From contig MNCI01000596.1 of NCBI GenBank assembly GCA_015680685.1, positions 460,875 through 524,874 on the forward strand: a DNA stretch of 64,000 nt, written 5' to 3'. The stretch's first letter is position 1. Each line of letters opens with the position of its first letter. Below are positions 40,601 to 51,795 of the stretch, in pieces. This stretch comes from Gnetum montanum. Taxonomy: Eukaryota > Plantae > Gnetophyta. The position numbers and the translations under genes are program-made. Under the pieces are notes generated by a model. It made no database searches and was not told the DNA's origin. It saw only the letters and a program-made list of their open reading frames with translations.

Positions 40601-41282
40601 GTGAAAACATAATGTTGAAACTTGAAACTTGAACCCAAAGAAACTTTCAAAACTACACCAAAGCAGCAGAAAAGGGCAGTTTTAACAAGCCCAACCAATC
40701 ACGATTGTGTCATACATATTAGAAACAGCTTCCGTGTTGAAAATTGTTAGATAAATGGTAAGAACCTGAAGGCCAAGGTTTTATTTCTAGAAGATTTTGA
40801 CATATACTTATTATAACCAACTAAGCTCTTACTCCAGAAGTATCTATACTGAACTCAAATCTGAGATTTTTCAATCCTTACAAATGCTAATAAAAAAAAG
40901 TCAGGGGAAATCCCTTGTATTGAATACCCAAATTCACATGTATAAAAGGTCCATTACTTAAAACCAACCAGAACAAAAATAAATAAATAACTAACCCCAA
41001 AATGGATATAATTTGTGAACTAACAGTGGATAGAAACATTAAATTGGATGATCAAAACAATAAATGAGTGACAGCCTATGTAAACAGGCAACTAGAAATA
41101 GAAATTTAAATGGCATTGTCGTTTTATTTTTGATATTCTAATAGTAAAATTGAGGTTTCTATAGTAATCTTACCAATATACAACAAAATGGAAGTCAGAA
41201 TGACAGCAGCAAGGCCAACATATAGCTCTGGTCCTAAATCCTGGAGTTCAAGCAACAATTCCTCCATTTTATTTTTACTCAT
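23226..41282 (-). CDS. SRPRB: Signal recognition particle receptor subunit beta; complement(join(23226..23415,23598..23729,23884..24032,25639..25725,40378..40463,41174..41282)), 250 aa
   Basis: N-terminal TM helix LYVGLAAVILTSILLYI, P-loop GLSGAGKT, HQGTVTSMEPN, G3 DLPGH, G4 NKGD, C-terminus FIRECVKP as in plant SR-beta. Five GT-AG introns, phases consistent, 753 nt. Confidence 0.95.
23598..23729 (-). CDS. SRPRB: SRPRB coding exon 5
   Basis: YLYEILTRAFIVKKKIPVLIVCNKGDKVTAHSKEFIKKQLEKE; AG/GT boundaries. Confidence 0.93.
23884..24032 (-). CDS. SRPRB: SRPRB coding exon 4
   Basis: KGKIKPVRIVDLPGHPRLRSKLDEYLPQAAGIIFLVDALDF; AG/GT boundaries. Confidence 0.93.
24240..25290 (+). mobile_element. 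5'-truncated L1-clade LINE fragment (ORF2 C-terminal region and zf-RVT)
   Basis: WEEVVEKINRRLS, PLYYLSCFKAP, HPIQKGGWGIRHL...LLGKLVWQL, KCACCGVQAETFNHCLFHCPEAQSFW. Lies in an SRPRB intron, antisense to the gene. Confidence 0.85.
25639..25725 (-). CDS. SRPRB: SRPRB coding exon 3
   Basis: LRDGSTHQGTVTSMEPNDDCFILHSEISK; AG/GT boundaries. Confidence 0.93.
26990..27550. repeat. ~560-bp dispersed repeat, copy 1 (copy 2 at ~39046-39660)
   Basis: Collinear shared blocks ACAAATTAGTA, CAGCTACTCC, CTCCCAATTA, CAGCTACA, AAAGCATACTTC, AACTCTTGGTGT, ACATCATTTTGTTT. Confidence 0.75.
27775..28071. repeat. Tandem duplication, period 144 bp
   Basis: CATCACTTATAATATTTTGCCATTAAATCCATGG starts at 27775 and at 27919. 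Confidence 0.85.
28167..28347 (+). repeat. ~185-bp direct repeat, copy 1 (TATA box plus splice-donor-like site); copy 2 at ~37770-37955
   Basis: ACTTCYGTTACAAACCTGAAATCTATARATACCCA...AGCTTCTCCTCCTCC..TTGGGTAAGTG...TATTTTTGAGTCATC...CCATGCAAYGAGAC at both loci. Confidence 0.85.
28400..31600 (+). mobile_element. Decayed non-L1 LINE (RTE-X/CR1/L2-like): coiled-coil ORF1 plus APE-RT ORF2, 3' end interrupted
   Basis: ORF1 VNLCLVGVPE...ILKGETLWLNEDLP; APE motifs RGRPSSGLA, ICGDFNAK, ILNG, CIDF, SNHQP; RT LFKKRDRSDLDNYRLI, GVKQGYPLSPPLFGIFIDEL. Clade assignment is an inference. Confidence 0.8.
31600..37769 (+). mobile_element. Diverged Athila-like element D (gag remnant, no pol, long 3' region, truncated 3' LTR from 37586)
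   Basis: Gag DDPQLHVHAFVMTCELQRLNSEWQKLCLF matches C (DPQNHLQAFHDACVLQKIDSEWQKLKLF). Family PPT motif TTCAGTCATGGGG at 37570 is followed by TGATG. No 5' LTR or PBS seen; boundaries approximate. Confidence 0.7.
34645..34685. repeat. (AG)n microsatellite, ~20 units
   Basis: Direct reading. Confidence 0.95.
37770..37955 (+). repeat. ~185-bp direct repeat, copy 2
   Basis: Matches 28167-28347; truncates the 3' LTR of element D. Confidence 0.85.
38135..38878 (-). pseudogene. Nested three-exon pseudogene of unknown product; exons 38878-38714, 38617-38431, 38272-38135
   Basis: AG/GT-bounded segments join in frame. The three internal stops (TAG, TGA, TAA) are each one C>T from a sense codon. No recognised homolog. 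Confidence 0.45.
39046..39660. repeat. ~560-bp dispersed repeat, copy 2 (with an internal ~70-bp duplication)
   Basis: Same blocks as 26990-27550; CAGCTAYTCCCC..ACAAAAAGACTT..TTATTTGATGCAAAAA occurs twice. Confidence 0.75.
40378..40463 (-). CDS. SRPRB: SRPRB coding exon 2 (P-loop)
   Basis: IRVSRGKKLNTVLLTGLSGAGKTALFYQ; TTTCAG| acceptor and CAG|GTAAG donor. Confidence 0.93.
41174..41282 (-). CDS. SRPRB: SRPRB coding exon 1 (TM anchor)
   Basis: MSKNKMEELL...LYVGLAAVILTSILLYI; acceptor just upstream (exon starts 41292); donor TTG|GTAAG. Confidence 0.88.
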
Positions 41283-42511
41283 CCTGCACTTCCTGTATGA
41301 AAAAACAACATACATTGGAGGTACTAAGATGCCCAATTGAAGTTTAGAAACTCCAAAGAAAATAATTGTACATATTTGAAGCAATTAAATTATGTATCAA
41401 AACCAGTAATAACTTTGCATGTACAGATAACTATAGGCTCTTGTTCACAGCATAAATGAGAGCTTTAAGTTGTTAACGCAACTTGAAACCTATGTGTTCC
41501 ATCATCAGTTATCATCTAGCAGCTACTGATACTAATAGAATGAAAAAAAAAACTGCCAAAAACAGCAGCGAAGAACAGAACATCCAAAAGAAACATGCAA
41601 AATAGCATGGTGCACATTTTATCTTTCTTAGCTTCAGAGATTCAAGTTACAATCCAAAATGCTTTCGTCCCTGTCTCTCAAACAGAATTAAGGACTATTA
41701 AACGTTGCTTTTGCAATCAGGAAACCCTGGTACTCATGCTCTTTTAACACGAGATGGGCTAGTCAGTATAAGAACATGTTACATCACTCGTGCAGCTAAA
41801 TAGATATACCATTACAAATGACAAAACAAAATGCATCGCTTCAGTGTATAATGCTTATTATATGTCTCAATAACTATAGAGATGAAAATCAGTACATAAC
41901 TTTGCAATACAACCCATGATTTATAGGTTATTGGGTTCTTGTTAACTATGTACGAAAGTCGCATGATCCACTGGAGAAGAAAGAATCTTGAAATACCATT
42001 TGATTGTAGATCATGTTTTCCATGTATCAACATACCACAGCTCTAAGAGGAATAACTTCTAACAAATATACCATGTAACGATGAACTTCAATACCTTGCT
42101 TTACCTTCCCAATGAGCCACAACAATAAGATACAGTCTGCCTAAAAATATACGGTTATATCCTTAAATATACATTTAAATACAGTGACTATTTTGTTGCG
42201 CTTCGCGTAGATATTCACGGTCGCTTTCAGCGAAAGGCAAATGTGCTCTAGCCCTAAATTTTCCTGCCTGGGCCACGTGATTTCAAAACCAAATAAATAT
42301 ATACAGCCATCATCGATGTTTAATCAATCAATGGACAAGCGTAAAAAGAGCTTAAGACATATAAACGTTTAAAATCTTTTAAAAATTACTGTAACGAACT
42401 CAATTTTCCCATTCCACGGAACAATCCCTACTATGCTCGTAAACTTTAAAAAGAAAGAAAATACATGCAACATAAAAAAGCTTAGCCGCTGCTAAAGCTA
42501 TCGACTTTTAC

Positions 42512-43020
42512 CCGCAGATCTGAATAAAAACGTGAAAATGAGGAAGAAAGCCATACCAGAAATTGCGTTGGGCGCTATTCAAGAGCCAGCAATACGATTT
42601 GAGCTGGTAGGTGCAGATTGTGCAGCTTGGAGAGAAGCAAATAGGTTGTTTCAGCGAGCAGGCAGGGTTAAAGCTAAACACGCTGAAATAAGCAACCTTC
42701 TTGGTCTGTTTCAGGCTTCGTTTTGCCCCTTTTACATACACATACAACTCTCCAATAAATCTTTTACATACCCAGAATAACTCCCCAATAAATATTTCTC
42801 CTTATCATTTAACGAAGATCACAACGCATTAGCAAGTGTACCCGTCACGCTGATGATGTGAGATTATCCGTATGTACAACTTCTACCGTGTTCTGCAGAT
42901 TGAACGCGACGAGAGAAATGTACGGGATTCAAATTGCAGTCAACCTTATCATACCGTATGGTTTGCCTAAATTTATGGTAATTATGTTGAAGCAGTGGAT
43001 TATATTCTTACTCATCCAAG
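42512..43020 (-). promoter_or_regulatory. Probable SRPRB promoter and non-coding first exon
   Basis: CpG-retaining island at ~42150-43020 in otherwise CpG-depleted DNA; candidate donor GCGG|GTAAAAG at 42512/42511 that could pair with the acceptor at 41293. Confidence 0.5.
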
Positions 43021-43080
43021 CGGTAAGATTTTTTATTTTAAAGCTCTAAGTTAAGTTATGTGTTAGATTTTGGTGGACAA

Positions 43081-43272
43081 TACTGAGTTATAAAGTTCAT
43101 ATCTTCCAATGTACTTATACTACAATTATACTGAGTTATAAAGTTCATATCTTCCAATGTACTTATACTACAATTATACTGAGTTATAAAGTTCATATCT
43201 TCCAATGTACTTATACTACAATTATACTGAGTTATAAAGTTCATATCTTCCAATGTACTTATACTACAATTA
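43081..43272. repeat. Perfect 48-bp tandem repeat, 4 copies
   Basis: TACTGAGTTATAAAGTTCATATCTTCCAATGTACTTATACTACAATTA four times with no spacers. Confidence 0.95.
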
Positions 43273-44209
43273 TTTTCAAGGTTCCAATACCCGAATTACT
43301 AGGAAATGAGGAAAAAAAATAGGTCAAAGAGGAGCCACTATATAAAGACCATTTCAAGCCAATCTAACATTTGGTTAAAACCAAAGATTAATGTAGGGAA
43401 ATATAGCTGACCCACTTAGTAAAAGGATGTGAAATTTCTAATGAAAATTTATGGTAGACATCATGCAATTAGAGAGCAAGATAATATCTCAAAAATCTAA
43501 CTTAAACAATTAAAATAAAACTAAGGTCTACACTAAAGACAGACAACTATAAACATATTTATGCTAATTAAAGGGTATTAAAAACTACAAGTAATCCAAG
43601 CTAAGCATTATAACATAAAATTACATAAAATTCCAGATGCTAAAAAAACTATTCTTGGGAGGTAAAAACAAGAGGGAATGTTAGTCCATATAATTGAGTT
43701 AGAAAAATAAATTACAATTACCCCTTGAGGGATTTTGGAATCAAGTATCAAGTAGTTGGACAGCCATGCATAGGGGTTGCTACATCTTACCAAAATGTTA
43801 ACATCAAACAAACAACCAAAAAATAACAATTAAATAATAACGAATAGCCAAATGTCCAAACTAAAATTCCACTACCACGCAACCCAAATTTTAGAGGCTA
43901 GCATCCACTCTTAGTTTCAAATAAGGAGGGGTTGTAGGGGGTGGGGGGCAAGGAGGGTGGTGGGGGGTGTTGGAACTTGAAATAAGTGAAACATAGGTAC
44001 ACCTCAAAATTTATAGAAGTTTATAACTCAATGTTACCTAGTAAATTTGAACCTATGACTTACGCTTACCATGTACAAATTGGTACCACTAGGCTAACAT
44101 CTCATTATTTTAGTTCCACATATGATAAGTTTGGATGTTTACTCTTTGTACACAATGAGATTTTATTCAAATCAAACCAAACCAAACAAATACAAATCAC
44201 CTAAAGAAC

Positions 44210-45072
44210 TTATATTTATGTTTCTTATAACTGATGTCATAATCAACTAAAATACCACCTTGATTTTTGTAGTCCACCAAGATGCGCACCATGCTTAATC
44301 CCTCCCTCTTTTGACTAGGGTTAAGGGCCACACCTAAAAGACTTTCCTACTACTCAAGACAGTGAAGGGTTACAACACTCTTCAGGGTTTCCTTAACACC
44401 AACCAACCTCTTTGTTTGTGCTACAAATGAAAAGATACTTACTAAGAAAGGCAACTGGCATAAGTAAACAAGTTTACTTACTGAAAAAGGCAATCTACAT
44501 CAATAACCATGAAACATCACTAACCAAATATAATCAAATAAACCAAACTTAGGATGGTGTGAAAAACATAACCAACCAAATTATTTATTGTTTTTCTTAA
44601 AATAGAGTTCTCTAATTTTCATGTACCAACTAATAAGTTTTAGCCAAAATCAACCTAAATAACCTTTATTTATGTTTCTTATCACCAATGCCATAATCAA
44701 TACAAATACCACCTTGATTTTTGTAGTCCACCAAGACTCCTTAGGGTTCCCTTAAAATCAACCAGCCTCTCTCTTAGGGTTCCCTTAAAATCAACCAGCC
44801 TCTCTCTTTATGCTAGCTCCAACAAATTTAAAGACACTTACTAAGAAAGGTAACCCACACAAGCAAATAGGTTTACTTACCGAAAAAGGCAATTCACATC
44901 AATTACCATGAAACATTACTAACTAGATATAATAAAAATAAACCAAACCTAAGGTGGTGGTAAAAACATAACTAATCAAATTATTTATTGTTTTTCTTAA
45001 AATAGAGTTCTTAAGCCAAACCTTAGGTTCTCTAATAATTTCATGTACCAACTAAGAGGTTGTAGCCAAAAT
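44210..45072. repeat. Diverged ~450-bp tandem duplication (copy 2 carries an extra ~33-bp duplication at 44740-44806)
   Basis: AATACCACCTTGATTTTTGTAGTCCACCAAGA and AATTATTTATTGTTTTTCTTAAAATAGAGTTCT each occur twice, collinearly. Confidence 0.8.
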
Positions 45073-47474
45073 CGAAGGTTATTAATTTGGAGTTTCTCCT
45101 CCTTGTAGTTCTCCTTTTGCTTTTATACTTTAAATTTTTATTTTTAATATATATATTTTTGGGGGTCTAACACTCAAAATCAAATATTATTGGATTAAAT
45201 TTTGGATAAGGTATTACATTAGCTTTTGCATGTTGGATTTTCTTCTCTGTCTTTGTGTGTTTGTTTGTTTGTTTTTTCTTTTTTTCTTTTTTTCTTTTTT
45301 TGGAGGGGGATGTGTTGAACCCGATATAAATAGATATATATATATATTAAAAATAAAAATCCAAAGTATAGAAGTAGAGGAGCACTGCAAAGAGGAGAAA
45401 CTCCAAATCAATAAAAAGAAAAGGCCTAACTATTTTGGAGATGTCTTTTTAGATTTTCACCCTTACAACCAATCATGAAAAACCTTCCCTGTGGTGTAGG
45501 AAATTAAACATTCAAAGAAAAAATTAACATCGAGTGGAGGGGAAGGAAATCCCTAGCTTGTCAATAGAATCAACATTATCAAAAGATATTATCTTCATAT
45601 CTTAACCAATAGCTACAAATGAACTAGTTAAAAATCATTTGGATTAACAATAGGATTTTATGAAACTTGAGGAACATATATTTGTTTTTTCTTAGTCATT
45701 GAAGAATTTTTTGAAATTGATTTCATTAGAACTTTCCTTGAAGATACATTATGTTGAACAACAATAAAAGAAAAGGGTGGGCTAACTATTGAAATGTTAG
45801 TAGAAGAAATCATCTCAAGATTTGCCCAAAAAGATAATCTGAGAGATCATATCAAAATATGATTCATAAGATTAACATCCTTGAAATAGAAAACAAATTA
45901 AATAATTATCATTAGTAACATGAACAAAATGGAAATTAGTATAACAAAAAATCTAACATGCAGAAACTCAAATAAAACATTAGATTTATTAAGAAATAAT
46001 CTCAAAGTAATTAATTAAATAAGTCATCACCAAAATGCATTCATATATGCATAACCTTAAGGAAACCAAACCTAAAAAGAAAACCATTCATAATAAATTA
46101 TAACACCTTTAAACCTATAAGCTCCTAGGTCAAGGGGTGATACTAATTACAAGTATTAAAAATTATAAATCACTACATAAAAATAATCTAAGTAATTACT
46201 ATTTTATTAGGATATAAAACAATAAATTGTATCTAAGCTAAAAGTATAAATAATAACTAGCTTAGGGGGAAATTCTAAACAAAAATCAAAACTAGTATGC
46301 TAGCATCCCCTTGGCAAAACAAATCTCACATGAGCAAGAAAAAGTAAATTCTATATCTAATAAAAATATTATTATCAACGCAATGATAGTAGTCCATTGA
46401 GCCAACAACACCAAATCATATGCTCTACACATAAATGAGAGAGTATGCTACCTAAGCTCATTAATCATCAAACCACAATGCATTGAGGATAACCAATTAT
46501 TAAAGCATTACATAAGTAACGGGCTTCTACACAAGGGCCATCAATCATATGAAAAAAATACACCCCAACCCTCACACCTTCCCTTCCCCACCTCCTCCAC
46601 ACCCTCATCAAAATAAATAAATAAATTTTTCCTTAGCAAATATCAATGGATCCACTTGCAAATATAAAAATATAAAAAAATATCCACATTGCCATCCTAC
46701 ACAATTATATCACATACAAAAAGTATAGTCAATACATCATCCATTAGCATCATTGTAGCCAATCCTTTACAAGAAGAAGATTTATAAATAGAAATGCTTC
46801 AAGGATTCTTGGCACTACTCTACTTGCCATCCTAATGATTAAGTAGATGATACACCCTAACAACTTGAAGATGATTTACAAAGCTACCCTTAGTGCATGT
46901 GGATTTCATCTTGCATTAAACATTAGTCATGAAACAAGCCATATAGACTAGCACACAACCCATAAAAGTCAAAGTAGAATCTCATATATATAAGAGATCA
47001 AATAAGAGTTCAATCTAACGTATAACTCGTTATTTACCAAAACTAAGCCACTACCACCACCCCAACACACATAAGTAATTACTTTGATAGCTAGCACTTC
47101 TCTCTCTATGTGCCATATATAAATTAGGTTGTCATGAGTACTTTATTAATTCATATTTTAATTGTAGATTTACTTCACCTTATAGTGTCATATTTCCTTG
47201 TTCCAATATTGAGTCTTTCATGCAATAGACTCATCTAATTTATTTATTCTTATTTATTATGAATTTGTCACACATCAAATTATTACCCTTGTAAAGTTAG
47301 GTCATGCTAAAGATCAAATCTAAAATCTTCCTCTTGCTCATGATGGAGCCTAGCATATGAGAGACATATTATTACAGCACAATGGGTGTGAATCTAATTG
47401 TCTCTTCAAGGATCTCTAATCTATTGATAGATGACTTTCTTAGTACTAAATCTGGAAATAATAACATAACATAG

Positions 47475-48275
47475 TGATGGGAAGCGATATCGCATAGGCC
47501 GCGATATCGCATCATTCCTTGCGATATCGCGTACAAGATATCGCAGCCCATTGCCTTGTTTATAAATAAGAGGCAACCTTCCCTTGTTTCTCCATCTAGA
47601 TCTAGACCCTTAGTGAAACTCTGGCAATTTTACCCTTCCAGAGATAGAATAATTTCCATGTGCCCGCAGTAGGAGTCTCAAAGTGAACAGATCTTTATTC
47701 GAGCAAATTTGTACTTGAGCACACATTTGTGTATGGAAATAAAGATGAACTTTCTGATAAACCTTATAGTGCATGGACTAAGCTAAATAGGACTTAATTA
47801 ATGTTAAATTTTTAAATGCTTTATTAGTTAATTAAATCTCTCTCAACCCTTAACTCCTACTTAAGTGCATTTAGTACAACCACGTCGGGCACGTGCATTA
47901 CGCGTGGTAACCCAGTAACGAATAGCGTTTGGTAATCCTAGTAGTGTTGCATTGGTTCAGGGTGTGAACAGTAAGTGGGACAGATACTGATGCCAGGGCA
48001 TTAGAACTTAGTTAATGAAAGTTAGTCACTTAGTCTCTTCACCCTTTCCCTCATTAGCATAGGCGATAAAAGAGAAAAGATATAAAAATCACATACCTCA
48101 AACTCATTTAACCATACAACCATGACAAATACAAGTGAGTTTGGAAAGACAATGATTGATTAACCTTAAGTGTTCCATAAGGCATGTAAGCACTTAATCT
48201 GCGAAGTTCGACCGGATCACTCGTGTAACGCTTGTATTCATATGGTTGAGTGTAGGGGTACCTCGCCACTCATCA
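47475..48275 (+). repeat. 5' LTR of element B (801 bp)
   Basis: TGATG...CATCA; TATAAATA at 47561; roughly 90-93% identical by eye to 53717-54511. Confidence 0.95.
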
Positions 48276-48276
48276 T

Positions 48277-48294
48277 TGGTGCCGTTGCCAGGGA
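48277..48294 (+). promoter_or_regulatory. PBS (tRNA-Asp type) of element B
   Basis: TGGTGCCGTTGCCAGGGA, 1 nt after the LTR. Confidence 0.9.
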
Positions 48295-48420
48295 CTAAGT
48301 TGTTTGTGCGCTAAGTAGAACATAGGAAAATATCCACATTGTTGGAAAGCTTAAACGAACCCTTAAGATTAATCAAAAGAAAATTTAAACAACAGTCAAT
48401 AGCACACCGACAAGATAAAA

Positions 48421-51400
48421 ATGTCTTCTTCTCCACACAAAAGCACTTCACCGCCTAGGACCAACACTAGAGAAAGTCGGCAGCACCACACACATAACCA
48501 AAATCCGCCAGTTCCTCAATAGTTCAGTGTGGTATATGTTCATCATGATGAATATATACCTGACTTTACCTTTGTCTTCCATCAAGATGAACAACTGTGT
48601 TGTAGAGACTTGGAGGGTAACATAGTGTTGCCTCTAGACAGAGCTACCCCCAACATGCTCCTTTGTGCCCTTGCACGAATTGGCATGTCAAAGTTATATG
48701 CTGAGTACATTGCGCTCGATTACAACATAAGGGACTACCATCCCACAGAAGCGCAACATCAATGGGACTCGTAGTAGGAGAGTTATTGCACATCATTGAA
48801 GGGCAAAGAACCCCATAATGCTTTGCCCATCATAAGAGAAATTAAAGGTGGTGAACCTATCTTAATAGGTTCTCCACAAAATGATGTTCCCCCTCCTAAC
48901 AATAGTGAGGAGGTGGTGTATTAGAACCTTCACTCCACGATACATAACCTTGGTTTTGATCCCCACGAACACCAAGTGTTTAATGAGGGAACACAAACAC
49001 AAGATAAGGGCGAGCATTTTGATCGTCATCACGATCGAGGACGGGATCATCGAAGGGAAGGTAGGAAACATCGTCATGGTGATGGTTCTCCTTCCTCTTC
49101 CCCTTCATCGCAACATTCACCCTCTCCTTCAACATCGGGACACAGTCACAAGGAAACTAGCCATGAGGACAAGAGTAAGCAAAATGAGAAACCTCAACGA
49201 GAGAGTCGAGAGCAAGGACGAGGGCATTCTAGGGAATCACGGCATGAAAGAAGGGAAAGTAGGGAACTGCGTAGACATCACAGATGTCATGAGAGAGACG
49301 ACCATGATGAACCCCTACTTGCAACCCGAAGTATGTTAGACATTACAGAGGCCGTTAAAATACCTACAAGGCACCAAAAAGATAGTCGGATTAAGAGACT
49401 AGACATGAATAATATCCCATGATTTGAGGGGGAATACAACGCTAATCCGTAGAATCATTTACAGGCATTTCACAATGCCTGCGCCTTGCAGAATATTGAA
49501 AATGAGTGGCAAAAATTAAAGTTGTTCCCAAGGACACTCATAAAAGAAGCGAAAAGCTGGTACCAGTCCTTAGAACCGGAAACCATTAGGAGGTGGAGTA
49601 CGATGCTAGAACTGTTTAATGATAAATATCAAACATACTCCGAAGTGTCCAACTTACAAAAATAGATCTAAGGATGGAAGCAGGGAACTCATGAATCCTT
49701 GGATGCTACCATGGGTAGATATTATGCATTGTTACATCGTTGCCTAGGCCATGGTTACGCACAACGGGATCAACTACGCCATCTCATAGATGGGCTAAGA
49801 CATGAAACCAGGAGAACCCTTAGAACATATGCCCAAGGGAGATTATCTGAACTTAGGTCCCATGAAGTTCATAGATTGTTGGAGCAAGTAGCTAAGGAAG
49901 AAGGAGAGCTATGTAAGAGAGAAAGCGCAGAAGAGTATAACTACGATCCTTCCCTCTGAAAGAGGGGAGTAAGATTCTATGAGGAGGAGGATGAGTCACC
50001 ACTCGAAGAGTTGGTGAGTAGGAAAACCTTGCCACTTTAGAAATTAACAACAGAAGTGTTGGCTAAGGTAGATCAAATGTGGGACTCCTTAGATAGTAGA
50101 TTTGAAACTGTTTTAAAAATCGTAGAGGAGTCTAAGGAGCGAAGTAGTGATCATGATAAGAAAAAGAAGAGGGATTTGGACTATGCATGTAACAAAGGTA
50201 AGGGCAAAATGACTATCACCGAAGAGGTTGTGGATTTGGATACAGACAATGACGGTGGATGTGAGATCTGCCAATATGACCATCCTAAGGGATGTTTCCC
50301 AATAATCTCACATCTACAAGATTCTGGGGTGTATGCACTCAACCCGAGACTTAACAAACGGCAAGCACCCCGTCGGTTACCTTATCCCCAAGGTAACCCG
50401 AGGCAGTTCCACCAACCATTAACATATTATCCAAGTGGAACTCCACCACAACCTATGGAGTAACACTAGTAGTGGCAATACCCATAGTCATGGGGGATGC
50501 CACCGCCAAGGCAACAATACCCTTATTGGCAACCAGACCCATATGGCTACTACATGCAGCAGCCAATCTCTCCACATGACTCTATTGGTCGTGTGACACC
50601 ACCACGTCACTACCAAGCTTGAGAGTATTATAGGATTCCTTCTCCCGGGAGAAACACACCACATGCATACCATCCTCTGACTCCATCCGCAACTCTTACA
50701 CCGATAGCTCCACTACCACCTACTCCAGCGATGCAAGGGGAACTCCCCACTCAACTACAGCAATGTAATGCTACGAGAGCTGTAAACCTTCAACTTGCTG
50801 CTGGTTCTGACAACCATAGAAAGAGAAGACCTTTCTTTAGAACCAAAAGCCCAAACAAGCTCTCATAACCACAAGTAATTAAGCCTTTAAACCCTCCTCC
50901 ATCAATTAAGGCTTCGGAGCTCCCTTCAAACCAATAACAGAGCTCAACGCATACAGNCCTCCATCAATTAAGGCTTCGGAGCTCCCTTCAAACCAATAAC
51001 AGAGCTCAACGCATACAGTTATGTTAACACATACCGTCATTGACTGGATCAAGGTGGGCCACCTTCCCAGGAAACTCTCTAATCCTGGAAGTCCCTTAAT
51101 CTATCTCCAAGTCACTGGGAATGGACCTTGTAAAGCTCTTCTTGACTCAAGTTCCAGAGTCAGCTTGATATTGCAAGAAATGTATAAAGCCTGGAACCTG
51201 CCTCCACTAAAGAAGAGTAATATTCGCTTAGAGCTGGCTGACCAGTCCATCACTATTCCCTTGGGATTGGTGGAGGACATCGTTACCACTGTGTGTGGTT
51301 GGTCATACCCAGTTGATTTCCTAGTGATCCAAGTAAACAATGACAAGGGTGACTTCCTAATAATAATGGAAAGGGCATGGCTAAGTACCATGAACGCATG

Positions 51401-51795
51401 CCTAGGAATCCATGATCTTTACCTAGAAATATCTAAGGAAAACACTTATGGAAAGATCAAGAAGAAGAAGGTTCCATGCATCACATATAGTGATATAGAG
51501 GGTGATAGCATACAGGAGCGTTCAACATCTCCTGCATGCAACCGGTGTGCCTAGGAAGTTAACATACAAAAGTGCCTATATGTAGCAACCACACAACAAG
51601 AGAACACCCAGTGGTTGAGAGCTAATCAAGAGAGCAACCCACCAATATGCATGGAACTAATTGGGGAACCAATGTGCGCTCATGTTGAAAGCATAGAAAC
51701 ATTGGAGCAAGAGTGTCGCCAACTTCCAACCCTTAACTTGAAAGCCCCAATTGGGAGGAGTTGGACACTTCTAAGAAATTCAAACAAGCACTCAC
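48421..51795 (+). pseudogene. Degenerate gag-protease of element B
   Basis: MSSSPH start, EWQKLKLFPRTLIKEA, CEICQYDHPKGC zinc-knuckle remnant, ALLDSSSRVSLI; multiple stops. Confidence 0.9.

Noticed and set aside
43056-43272. Repetitive ORF or CRISPR-like array
   Set aside because: Head-to-tail 48-bp units without spacers; the ORF arises only because 48 is a multiple of 3.
44285-44380. Faint resemblance on the - strand to plant twister ribozymes (TAA...GGCCCTTAACCC...GAGGGAGGG)
   Set aside because: P1, P2 and the second pseudoknot cannot be formed convincingly; an Rfam cmscan would settle it.
45500-46000. A-rich, coiled-coil-like coding remnant
   Set aside because: Too degraded to assign to any gene or TE.
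50896-51018. Perfect 61-bp tandem duplication inside gag-PR of B
   Set aside because: The two copies are separated by a single N (50957), the signature of an unmerged contig overlap; most likely an assembly artefact.
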